The notes below the pieces were generated by a model. It saw only the letters and a program-made list of their open reading frames with translations, was not told where the DNA came from and ran no database searches. Both the position numbers and the translations under genes were made by a program. Below are positions 18,486-26,572 of a stretch of DNA of 64,000 bases, in pieces. The stretch comes from an uncultured Candidatus Saccharibacteria bacterium (GTDB lineage: Bacteria; Patescibacteriota; Minisyncoccia; UBA6257; 1-14-0-10-44-23). The stretch lies in assembly GCA_964549935.1 (NCBI GenBank), contig CAZJVT010000003.1:14634-78633 (forward strand). Reading direction: 5' to 3'. The first letter of the stretch is position 1; every line of letters begins with the position of its first letter.

Positions 18486-19190
18486 ATGGAAGCCGCGGAC
18501 GAGACCAAGCCCCTGCCCTTGCCTTCCGGGGTCATGCTCGGGTGGCGCTCGCCGCCCTACAACAAGGGTGCCGTGCAGGCGAAATCCGTCCGCGGCAACT
18601 GGGAGGTCCGGACGACGTCGAATTCCAGCCAGTCCGTCCTGTGCTTCGACACGAAGGACGCCGACGGCAATCCGACGATGCCGGTCCCGGTCGGGACATT
18701 CGGCAGCATCGTCGAGGGGATGATCGCAGCCCAGTGCATCCATGCGCGGATCGGCCAGGGCAACGGGGTCGACGGACGTCAGGATCTTCGGCGCATGTCG
18801 TGGCTAGGCCATGAGGACACCCTGGTCCGCCAGACCTCGAAGGGCACCTTCATGCTGATCGACGAGGGCTACTCGACCGGGTTGGTCTTCGTCAGGAACC
18901 AGAAGCTCGAGACCCTCGGCTCGCTGCGGTTCCGTAGCCGCGAGTACCGGCTACCCGGGAAAGACGGATCACCTGCCCGGAACGACGAGCTGAAGCTCAT
19001 CGAACTCGCCGCGCTGGTCGAGATCATGGATTTCCGCCTGACCCTCGGCCACGGCCGCGAAGCCTCCAGGCTCTCCGCGGCAGAGTGGGACCAGTGGCTC
19101 GACACCCGCTTCATTCCTGTCGCCTCGGCGGAGTACCGGCCTGACGATGACGGCGCCGGGTGTCGGATGCAGATGGAGATGTCGCCATGA
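18486..19190 (+). CDS. Hypothetical protein; tail MEMSP
   Basis: ATG 2 nt after upstream TAG. Confidence 0.7.
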   Translation: MEAADETKPLPLPSGVMLGWRSPPYNKGAVQAKSVRGNWEVRTTSNSSQSVLCFDTKDADGNPTMPVPVGTFGSIVEGMIAAQCIHARIGQGNGVDGRQDLRRMSWLGHEDTLVRQTSKGTFMLIDEGYSTGLVFVRNQKLETLGSLRFRSREYRLPGKDGSPARNDELKLIELAALVEIMDFRLTLGHGREASRLSAAEWDQWLDTRFIPVASAEYRPDDDGAGCRMQMEMSP

Positions 19191-20038
19191 CCTTCCGTAT
19201 CGGCTTCAACGACACCTCGGTCGGCTGGGCTCGCATCATGCTCGATGGCGACGGGCGCTACCTGGTGGCGATCCAGAAGAAGTCGGATCGCCACCAGGAC
19301 GACAACGGCGCGCTCTGGAAAACCTGGTCGCTCGACTGGGTTGTCGATGTCATGGGCCGGCCTATGCCGTCGATGGAGCTCGGCAGGCTGACCAATAAGT
19401 CCCGCGAGGCGATCGCCAACGTCGCCCGGTCGAGGCTCCCGGACATGTTCCTCGACCGCGACGGATACGGCTCGCTCGACGCCTTCTTCCATCCAATCGA
19501 GACGGCACCGCGCTTTCGCCTCGTGTATGGCGAGAAGCGCGACAAGGCCATGGTGGTCTCGATCTCCCAGCACCAGCAGCTCGATCCCGGCCTCGCACGC
19601 GGAACCGTCCATCGGCCACGCTTTGCCATCCTCGACAACAACGGCCATGTGACGCGGAACGGCGACCTCCTGGATCTCGTCGCCGGCCATGTCCTGGAGA
19701 TCGAGCAGCTGGACGACCTGGTCGGCGACCCGTTCTTCCAGGAACACGTCGCCGGCAGGTTCATCAAGCGGCTGCGAGAGATCTACCCGGAGCCGAAGAA
19801 GGAAACGGCCTACGCCGGCAGGATGCTTCCGCCCCAGGTGCCAGTCGAGAAACGCCAGGATCTCAAATGGCTGGACCCTATCATCGCCGAGCAGCGTCGG
19901 ATCCAGGGGCCCGTGGTGATGGGCATGATCGCGGAGGCGGCCAGGCTCGACGAGGGCATGGGATCGTTCGATCGCGACGAGCTCGAGCGCGATGTCGCTG
20001 CGAACCGCGGAAAGGAGCCGGCTCCCGGCCTGGGGTGA
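19187..20038 (+). CDS. Hypothetical protein, paralogue of 17818-18483; tail APGLG
   Basis: ATGA overlap, GGAG at 19175. Confidence 0.72.
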   Translation: MTFRIGFNDTSVGWARIMLDGDGRYLVAIQKKSDRHQDDNGALWKTWSLDWVVDVMGRPMPSMELGRLTNKSREAIANVARSRLPDMFLDRDGYGSLDAFFHPIETAPRFRLVYGEKRDKAMVVSISQHQQLDPGLARGTVHRPRFAILDNNGHVTRNGDLLDLVAGHVLEIEQLDDLVGDPFFQEHVAGRFIKRLREIYPEPKKETAYAGRMLPPQVPVEKRQDLKWLDPIIAEQRRIQGPVVMGMIAEAARLDEGMGSFDRDELERDVAANRGKEPAPGLG

Positions 20039-20153
20039 TGGGTGCCGGGAAAACCAGGCATCAAGTTGACTTGAAAGTGGGCACGATCAAATAGTCCGTC
20101 CGGCGGCGATTATCCGGCTTTTCAATAGAATATAATCTTGTATTCTCCTGCCT

Positions 20154-21044
20154 ATGCGTTATCAGACCCCCGTGGACGTTGCGCATCTGCGCTTCGACCT
20201 CAACACAGCCGGCCGCGACTTCATCGTCGGCGACATCCACGGCACCTTTTCTGTCCTCGAGGCGGCTCTCGAGGCAGTCAGGTTCAACCGGGCGACCGAC
20301 CGCCTCTTCGCGCTCGGCGATCTCGTCAATGGCGGGCCCCAGTCGACGCGCGTGCTCGAGTTCCTTGGCAAGCCCTGGTTCCACTCGATCCGCGGCGAGA
20401 ACGAGGACATCCTTCTCGGCCTCAAGGAGAACGAGGCAAACGCCGCGACAGCCCTGACTATCTCGTTCTGGCGCCAGCGGAAGGGCATGCAGTGGTGGAG
20501 CGACGTGGTTCCGGATTTCCGCGACGAGTTCATCGACGCCGTCCGGGGCCTTCCGCTGATGATCACGCTCCCAACGAGGTCCGGCACCGTCGGCCTGGTC
20601 CATGGCTCGATCCCGGCAGGAGCTTCATGGACCGACGGCATCAGATGCGCCGAGCAGAAGGTCATGGACCCGTACTACGAGGCCCTCTACGTCCTCTGGA
20701 ACCGGAACCGGGTGGATGCCACGATCCCTGACGAAGATCCCCGCCACCACGTCGCCGGTATCGACAGGATGTTCATCGGCCATACGCCTGTCGAGGCGCC
20801 GAAGGTACTTTCGAACGTCGTCGCTATCGACACCGCATCGTCGCGCGGGGTGACCGAAGGGACGCCGGAACGTGGGTACCTGACGATCGTCGAAGCGACG
20901 GCGTCGCTCAGCAGGATCCGGAACATGGCGATCCCGCCAAAAGGGCAATTCCTGGCGATCGAGAACGACGAACGGGCTACGATGCGCAGAGTTCCGACAC
21001 AGACACAGACACAGACACAGGCGCCGGCAATGGCCGTGGCTTGA
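20154..21044 (+). CDS. Second NinI-like metallophosphoesterase with altered motifs
   Basis: GDIHG intact, but GDLVNGG and IRGENE replace GDLxDRG and GNHE; close paralogue of 16330-17217. Confidence 0.85.
   Translation: MRYQTPVDVAHLRFDLNTAGRDFIVGDIHGTFSVLEAALEAVRFNRATDRLFALGDLVNGGPQSTRVLEFLGKPWFHSIRGENEDILLGLKENEANAATALTISFWRQRKGMQWWSDVVPDFRDEFIDAVRGLPLMITLPTRSGTVGLVHGSIPAGASWTDGIRCAEQKVMDPYYEALYVLWNRNRVDATIPDEDPRHHVAGIDRMFIGHTPVEAPKVLSNVVAIDTASSRGVTEGTPERGYLTIVEATASLSRIRNMAIPPKGQFLAIENDERATMRRVPTQTQTQTQAPAMAVA
20997..21020 (+). repeat. (ACACAG)4 microsatellite encoding TQTQTQTQ
   Basis: Four perfect hexamer copies just before the C-terminal tail. Confidence 0.9.
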
Positions 21045-21088
21045 GACGATAGATCCCCTGCCGGCGATGCTGCCAGCCGGCGATCGTC

Positions 21089-21715
21089 CTACAGCTCGAG
21101 GCTGCCTCCATTCCTTCTTGCTGGAACGCCGTAGTTGTCGCCGCCAACCGGAGTCCCGTGCTTATGGCCGTACCCATCATGGGGACCGTCCAGCTTCAGC
21201 GTCGGATCGATCTTCATCCTGGTCCAGGCGTTCAGGTCGACCTCCTCGATCCCGTCCTTGGTGATGGCGAAGGCGCCACCATAGAAAAGGTACCCATCGG
21301 GTCGGTCGTCGATATCCTCGATCGTCGGCGAGCTGGTCCATGAAAAGGCGATCGTGTCGGAACGATCGTGACGGATCATCCACGCCCGGATGACCTTGGC
21401 GGTGATGGAAGGCGACGGTCCGTCGTGGCCATTGCTGTAGTCCAGCGGGCGCAGGAGAAGCTCACCCTCCGCACGACGGACCGGCCAGATGCCGGTGCAA
21501 TAACGCTCGGGGTCCAACCCGACGCGATCGAGAACCTCATGGGCGCTCTCGGGAGCGAGGCAGTATTCGCCCTTCTCGTCGTACATGTCGTTCATGACCA
21601 GGGCAACCAGGTCGTCCAGCTCTTCCTTGCTGCCTCGGATGAGAACGGAAAAGGGACTATGCGTGCTCATCCACCGAGGTCCGTACTCGACATTCCTATC
21701 TGAAGGCTGGTTCAT
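21089..21715 (-). CDS. Hypothetical protein, distant relative of the 6811/7392 family
   Basis: TIAFSWT..GGAFAITKDGIEEV. Confidence 0.7.
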   Translation of the reverse strand: MNQPSDRNVEYGPRWMSTHSPFSVLIRGSKEELDDLVALVMNDMYDEKGEYCLAPESAHEVLDRVGLDPERYCTGIWPVRRAEGELLLRPLDYSNGHDGPSPSITAKVIRAWMIRHDRSDTIAFSWTSSPTIEDIDDRPDGYLFYGGAFAITKDGIEEVDLNAWTRMKIDPTLKLDGPHDGYGHKHGTPVGGDNYGVPARRNGGSLEL

Positions 21716-21738
21716 GTCGCTGCTCCTGGATCTCGCCT

Positions 21739-22575
21739 CTACACCATGTTCATAGCCGGAACCGGGCAGGCTCCTACCGAAGCTCGCTCCAGCTCGGAGC
21801 CTGCGATGCCTTCGGCAGGGGCCGGGACCATCCTCTCCCTCGAGATCTTCGAGCCCTTCGCCGCGGCCTTGTCGGCGATCTCGTTCAGCGGGTCCCCATT
21901 GTGCCCCTTCACCCAGCTCGCGGTCACGCTCTTGTGCCGACCGAGGGCACGATCGAGCTCCGCCCAGACGTCGAGGTTCGACTTTCGGCGGAATTCGCCG
22001 GTCATCGTCTTCACCAGATACTGGCTGTCCGAGACGAGCTTCACGGTGCAGTCGTCCGGCAGCATCTCGAGGGCATAGACGGCGGCGAGGACCTCGCCCC
22101 GCTGGTTGGTCGAGGTGCCGATCGGTACCGAGAAGACAGGCCGCTCGGAGATCTCGATGAAGCGGCCCGCGCCCTCGTACGAGAAGACGATGCCGCAGCC
22201 AGAGGGGCCTGGGTTCCCCGGCCCGACGGATCCGTCGACATGGATCGTGTAGCCGCCCCACTGGAGCTTGGCGTGACCGGAGATCGCATCGCGAATGGCC
22301 AGGATGTCGTCGGCAAGCTTTGGCGGCGCCGGCGGCTTCGGCTCGGGATGCGTCAGGACCACCGGGCGGTTCCCGGCCGACAGGGCGCGCAACGCAAGCT
22401 CGCCACCGAAGGCGCCGCGGAACGCCTGGCGCACCTGGGGATTGGCGCTGACCGCATGGCCGAGGGCGCGCTCGAGCGTATCGCGGACAATGCCAAGGTC
22501 GCTCGCCGGATCGATCTCCTTGGCGTCGGAGATCCGGCTGCAGACGATGTCGATCAGGCGGTTCGGGGCGATCAT
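21739..22575 (-). CDS. rnhA: Ribonuclease HI with N-terminal extension and C-terminal tail
   Basis: VDGS.GPGNPG, TNQRGE, SDSQYL, NLDVW, WVKGH.G..NEIAD catalytic motifs. Confidence 0.9.
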   Translation of the reverse strand: MIAPNRLIDIVCSRISDAKEIDPASDLGIVRDTLERALGHAVSANPQVRQAFRGAFGGELALRALSAGNRPVVLTHPEPKPPAPPKLADDILAIRDAISGHAKLQWGGYTIHVDGSVGPGNPGPSGCGIVFSYEGAGRFIEISERPVFSVPIGTSTNQRGEVLAAVYALEMLPDDCTVKLVSDSQYLVKTMTGEFRRKSNLDVWAELDRALGRHKSVTASWVKGHNGDPLNEIADKAAAKGSKISRERMVPAPAEGIAGSELERASVGACPVPAMNMV

Positions 22576-22590
22576 GTCGGTGATCCTCGA

Positions 22591-23259
22591 TTAGAGCGAT
22601 GGGCCGGAAGTACCAGCTGCGCCAGGCTGAGAGTGGTCCGGAAGCCGGTTGCCGAGACGCATCTCCTGCGGCAGCAGGTAGTACAACGAGGGCTCGAGGC
22701 CGACCTGGGCCTCCGGGAAGCTGACCGGCCAGAAGTCGACACTGGCGAGAGTCTTTGCCAGGTCGCTCAATGTCTGCACGCGGTAGCCGGTCGGCGTCAC
22801 CATGACGACGCCGCCCTGCGGACTGCGATCATCGTACTCATCGATGGGTGGTCGACCGGCGAAGGTGAAGACCACCTTGTTGCCCGTTTCCCTCGTGTGT
22901 TTCCACATGACCAGGGAGAGCAGCCTGGCGAGCGCTTCCGCATCGCCACCATCCTCGTGCGAGCCAAGCACGACAACGTCGCACTGGTGCTCTTTCAGAT
23001 GGGAATGGAAGCCGGACACGCCGAAGAATCTGGCATGCTCGAGGAGACCGACGCTTCTCAGCGCCTGCAGATCCCCATCGTATGCCTTCGTCTTGCGGAA
23101 CTCGCGTAGACAGAGCTCATCGTCATGGCCGTGGATTCGGCAGGCCGCTCGCCAGTCGGACAGGATGCGGCCAAGGCGAACCAGCTCAATGCGCGCCTGA
23201 AGGCCCCATCTCAATTCGAAGTCGAAGGTGCAAGCTGCCAGCTGCCGGCGTACGTCCAT
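22591..23259 (-). CDS. Hypothetical protein, paralogue of 23288-24001; tail GPSL
   Basis: WGL.AR.EL.RLG.ILS.WR.AC, LARLLSLVM, VFTFA, GGV.M.T..GYR.QTL. Confidence 0.78.
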   Translation of the reverse strand: MDVRRQLAACTFDFELRWGLQARIELVRLGRILSDWRAACRIHGHDDELCLREFRKTKAYDGDLQALRSVGLLEHARFFGVSGFHSHLKEHQCDVVVLGSHEDGGDAEALARLLSLVMWKHTRETGNKVVFTFAGRPPIDEYDDRSPQGGVVMVTPTGYRVQTLSDLAKTLASVDFWPVSFPEAQVGLEPSLYYLLPQEMRLGNRLPDHSQPGAAGTSGPSL

Positions 23260-23287
23260 GGCTTGGTTCCTTTCCTTCGCGTCCGGA

Positions 23288-24001
23288 TCAGGGTTGCGGA
23301 GCGAGACCGCGGGACTTGGTCAGGCGCCGTTCGGACTCTGCGATCAGCTCATCCGGAAGCCTGTATGAGGCGGCCGGTCGCAGGACGATGGCGGCGTCGT
23401 CATCGAGCCAGAAGTCGTGCTCGCGGATCTGATCGGACAGGTGCTGGAGCGTCTGGATGCGGTAACCGTTGATCGTGATCATCGCGACGCCGCCCTTGGC
23501 GCTTGCATCCTGCACATCGTCGAGGAAATGCCTCTCGGCGAAGGTGAACACCAGCTTGCCGCCGGTCTCCTTCGGGTGCCGGCACATGACCAGCGAAAGC
23601 AGCCGGGCGAGCGACTCGACATCGGGCCCGTAGTCGGCGGAGAGTTCGACCTCGTCGTGCTCTCGCTCCTTCGAGTGCAGGGTGATGACGTCGCCGGATG
23701 CCGCAACCTCCGCCGGCTTCCTGGGGCTCATCTCCTCGAACGTCTTCACGCCGAGGCGAAACCGCGAATAGTCGAAGAGCCCGACGCTCTTCAGAAGCGA
23801 GACATCCTCGTCGGTTACGGTGAGATAGGTGCGGATGTTGCGAAGGGCGTCATCGGGGCCATCGATGCGGCTCCACCGACAGGCATATCGCCAGGACGAG
23901 AGGATCTGACCGAGACGAAGGAGCTCCTCGCGCGCGGCGAGACCCCACTTCACGTCGAAGCAGAAGTGGCCGATGATCGGACGCTGCAAGAGCGACGACA
24001 T
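23288..24001 (-). CDS. Hypothetical protein, paralogue of 22591-23259
   Basis: Same motifs; start ATG 24001 or GTG 24004 overlapping upstream stop. Confidence 0.78.
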   Translation of the reverse strand: MSSLLQRPIIGHFCFDVKWGLAAREELLRLGQILSSWRYACRWSRIDGPDDALRNIRTYLTVTDEDVSLLKSVGLFDYSRFRLGVKTFEEMSPRKPAEVAASGDVITLHSKEREHDEVELSADYGPDVESLARLLSLVMCRHPKETGGKLVFTFAERHFLDDVQDASAKGGVAMITINGYRIQTLQHLSDQIREHDFWLDDDAAIVLRPAASYRLPDELIAESERRLTKSRGLAPQP

Positions 24002-24696
24002 CACGCGAACTCTAGGGATCGAGTCTTCACCGGAGCCTTTCCGGGAAAAGCGTCCGGCACCACGGACTCGTCGAGACCAAGGGCGCGAAAGAGCCCTCGC
24101 ACTGCGATGCCGACATCGGCACCACGCTCGATATCCGCCTTGAGGCCGTTCCACCAGATCGTCTGGTCGTCGATCACCAATCCACGATGTCCCGACTTCA
24201 TGGCGGCGACGAAGGTGAGAAGAACGACGAGCTCCATGCCTTCCTGCATGCCGGCGACGTCCCAGCTCCACCGCATGTGGCCGCCATCAGGAACGCCCCG
24301 GTCCGGGATCTCCACCGTCGACGTGTCGAAGCCGACGCTTCGGACCTGGACACCCGGATGGCACGGGGCGATCTCGATCTCGCAACGCTTGCTGTCGTCG
24401 TCCGGGCGATCGCTCTTGAAGACGATGCGGACGATGCCTTCGCGGCGCGGACGACCCGAGATCTCCCAAGCCTTGGCATTCAGGAACGGCACCCGTGCCT
24501 TCGCCGGATCGATGCCGTCGGCCGGATAAGGCCAGGGATCGCTCTTCACCAGGTTCTTGAAGGTGATGAAGCCGTTCTCCTCAAGGGCCCGGAGCGTGTC
24601 AGGCGTGACCAGGGAGGCATCGCCGTTGCGCCGGTCGGCCACCCACTTGATGGCGTTCAGCTGGGGCTGGGGAAGCTGGATCTGGGGAGTGGACAT
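24001..24696 (-). CDS. Hypothetical protein
   Basis: 231-aa ORF in operon context. Confidence 0.7.
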   Translation of the reverse strand: MSTPQIQLPQPQLNAIKWVADRRNGDASLVTPDTLRALEENGFITFKNLVKSDPWPYPADGIDPAKARVPFLNAKAWEISGRPRREGIVRIVFKSDRPDDDSKRCEIEIAPCHPGVQVRSVGFDTSTVEIPDRGVPDGGHMRWSWDVAGMQEGMELVVLLTFVAAMKSGHRGLVIDDQTIWWNGLKADIERGADVGIAVRGLFRALGLDESVVPDAFPGKAPVKTRSLEFA

Positions 24697-24717
24697 GTTC
24701 GAGATTCCTGCTGGGGA

Positions 24718-25668
24718 TCAGACCAAGGGGCCGGTGTAGATGGATGGGTAATCCGTCGTCGCATCGGGCTGCGTTTCGGCCTTCTTCTCCGCCTCGACGC
24801 GCATTTCGGCGAAGGCGATGACGCGCTCGACCACCTCGAGGCGATCGAGGTTGGCGTGGTAGGCACCAACGCCGGCGACCGAGACCAGCTCCGCATCTGT
24901 CGGCGGAAGGTGGGATTTCATCGCGACCGCGAATTCACGAATCGTCGGCCATACCCTGCCCTCCTCAACGAAGGCAGCGGATACCCTGTCGACGTTGCGG
25001 CCTTCCGTCGCTGCGATCGCCTCGATGTCCCCGTTCATGACAGAGCGGTGCGCGGTGTTGACGAAGCCGATTTCGCCGGCGATGTCGTAGAGCCGCTCGA
25101 CATAGCCCCAGATCGGATGACCGGGGTCGATGTCAGTGCCGATCCGGACCCGCTCGGCCTCGATCCCGATGACATCGGAGATGAGGTCCTCGTACGTCCG
25201 ATGGAGGATCCCACTCTGTCGCACGATCGTCGTGCCGATCACCGGGCCGCTGCTCCAGTCGCCGTCCCAGTTGATGACCAGGGGCTCGCGCCTGTCGGTC
25301 GCGCACATGGCCCCGCGGAAGATCTCGAGCACCGGATCGAAGTTGGCCATGGTGTAGATCTGCTCGGCATCGACCTGGATGACGCGGCCGTCGTCGACGA
25401 TCTTCAGCTTGGGGAAGGCCATGGGCTCGCGCCGAACGCCGAGCTTATCGGAGGCGCCGCCGAGGAGATCGTGGAAGCCGGCGAACTCGAGGCCCGCGCG
25501 CGCCTTGAGCGCGATCTCGTCGCCGCGCTCCAGGTCGCTGCGGAACTTCGTAAGCGTCGTCGTGTACCCGCCACCCGGCTGGGCCGACATCCACAGGCCA
25601 AGCATGCGCATCAGCACGGCACGCTGTTGCGGTGTCCAGTCCAGGTCGAAGGAGAGCGGGCTGAGCAT
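24718..25668 (-). CDS. Hypothetical protein, paralogue of 25682-26563; tail GPLV
   Basis: F.L.W, G.D..PG..IWG, RVWP shared. Confidence 0.72.
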   Translation of the reverse strand: MLSPLSFDLDWTPQQRAVLMRMLGLWMSAQPGGGYTTTLTKFRSDLERGDEIALKARAGLEFAGFHDLLGGASDKLGVRREPMAFPKLKIVDDGRVIQVDAEQIYTMANFDPVLEIFRGAMCATDRREPLVINWDGDWSSGPVIGTTIVRQSGILHRTYEDLISDVIGIEAERVRIGTDIDPGHPIWGYVERLYDIAGEIGFVNTAHRSVMNGDIEAIAATEGRNVDRVSAAFVEEGRVWPTIREFAVAMKSHLPPTDAELVSVAGVGAYHANLDRLEVVERVIAFAEMRVEAEKKAETQPDATTDYPSIYTGPLV

Positions 25669-25681
25669 CGGTTTCGTCCGA

Positions 25682-26563
25682 TCAGTGTGACGGGGATGGC
25701 GAAGAAGGCTTGATGCGGCTTCCGGCATAGGCGGCAACCCGCTGGAACATCTCGGTGCGACGCACCTGGGCCATGGGGTGTTCGGTGCTGCCTTCGTTCG
25801 GCTGCTCCAGAGCGTGCTCGGCGATCGCCTTGACCACCGGCCAGACCCGATCCGGTGAGAGGTTCTTCAGTTGGTCGACGTCGCGGCCGCCGCGCCTCGC
25901 CAGATCCTCGAGATCCATGAACTCGCGCAGCTCGACATCCGGATCCCGGGACTCGAATGTCCCGACGAGCTCGCATAGATGGCCGATGTCGCCCCAGATC
26001 TTGTCGCCGGGCTCGAGATCCTGGCCCATCTGGACGCGCAGTGAGACGCCGGTCGCTTCCGCCTCGAGCCAGTCATGCGTCGTCATCCGGCGGATCTCGG
26101 AGCGGGTGACGAGAGCCGCAGCGCCGCCCGTCTTCGTCTGCCATTCCAGGCGGACCGGCTCTTCGACATCGGTGAGGCGCATCGCCATCTGGATCATCGG
26201 CAGGAGGCCGTCGACGCCATGCGAATGGCCGATGTCCTCGGAGCGGATGGCCAAGACGTCCCGTCCGTCGAGCTTCTCGGTCTCGCACCAGACGCCGATC
26301 GAGGTGCGATAAACCGAGTGTTTCGCCTCGGCGCGGTCGAGAAGCTTCGCGTGACCGAGAGCGAGAAGCCCCTGCTTCGCCAACTTCGCCGAGAGCTGGA
26401 CATCCGGCTTATTGTCGTTGCGGATCTCGGCCTCGAGCTGCTCGATCGCACGCACGGTCTCGGCCGAGGTGTTGCACGCATATTCGTGGAAGCGGATCAT
26501 TCGCTGCAGAACCAGCATCGGGATCGGCTTCCAGGAGAGCGTGAACTTGAATCGCGTTGCCAT
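25682..26563 (-). CDS. Hypothetical protein, paralogue of 24718-25668
   Basis: Shared motifs; directly downstream of dnaE. Confidence 0.72.
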   Translation of the reverse strand: MATRFKFTLSWKPIPMLVLQRMIRFHEYACNTSAETVRAIEQLEAEIRNDNKPDVQLSAKLAKQGLLALGHAKLLDRAEAKHSVYRTSIGVWCETEKLDGRDVLAIRSEDIGHSHGVDGLLPMIQMAMRLTDVEEPVRLEWQTKTGGAAALVTRSEIRRMTTHDWLEAEATGVSLRVQMGQDLEPGDKIWGDIGHLCELVGTFESRDPDVELREFMDLEDLARRGGRDVDQLKNLSPDRVWPVVKAIAEHALEQPNEGSTEHPMAQVRRTEMFQRVAAYAGSRIKPSSPSPSH

Positions 26564-26572
26564 CTATCGCCC

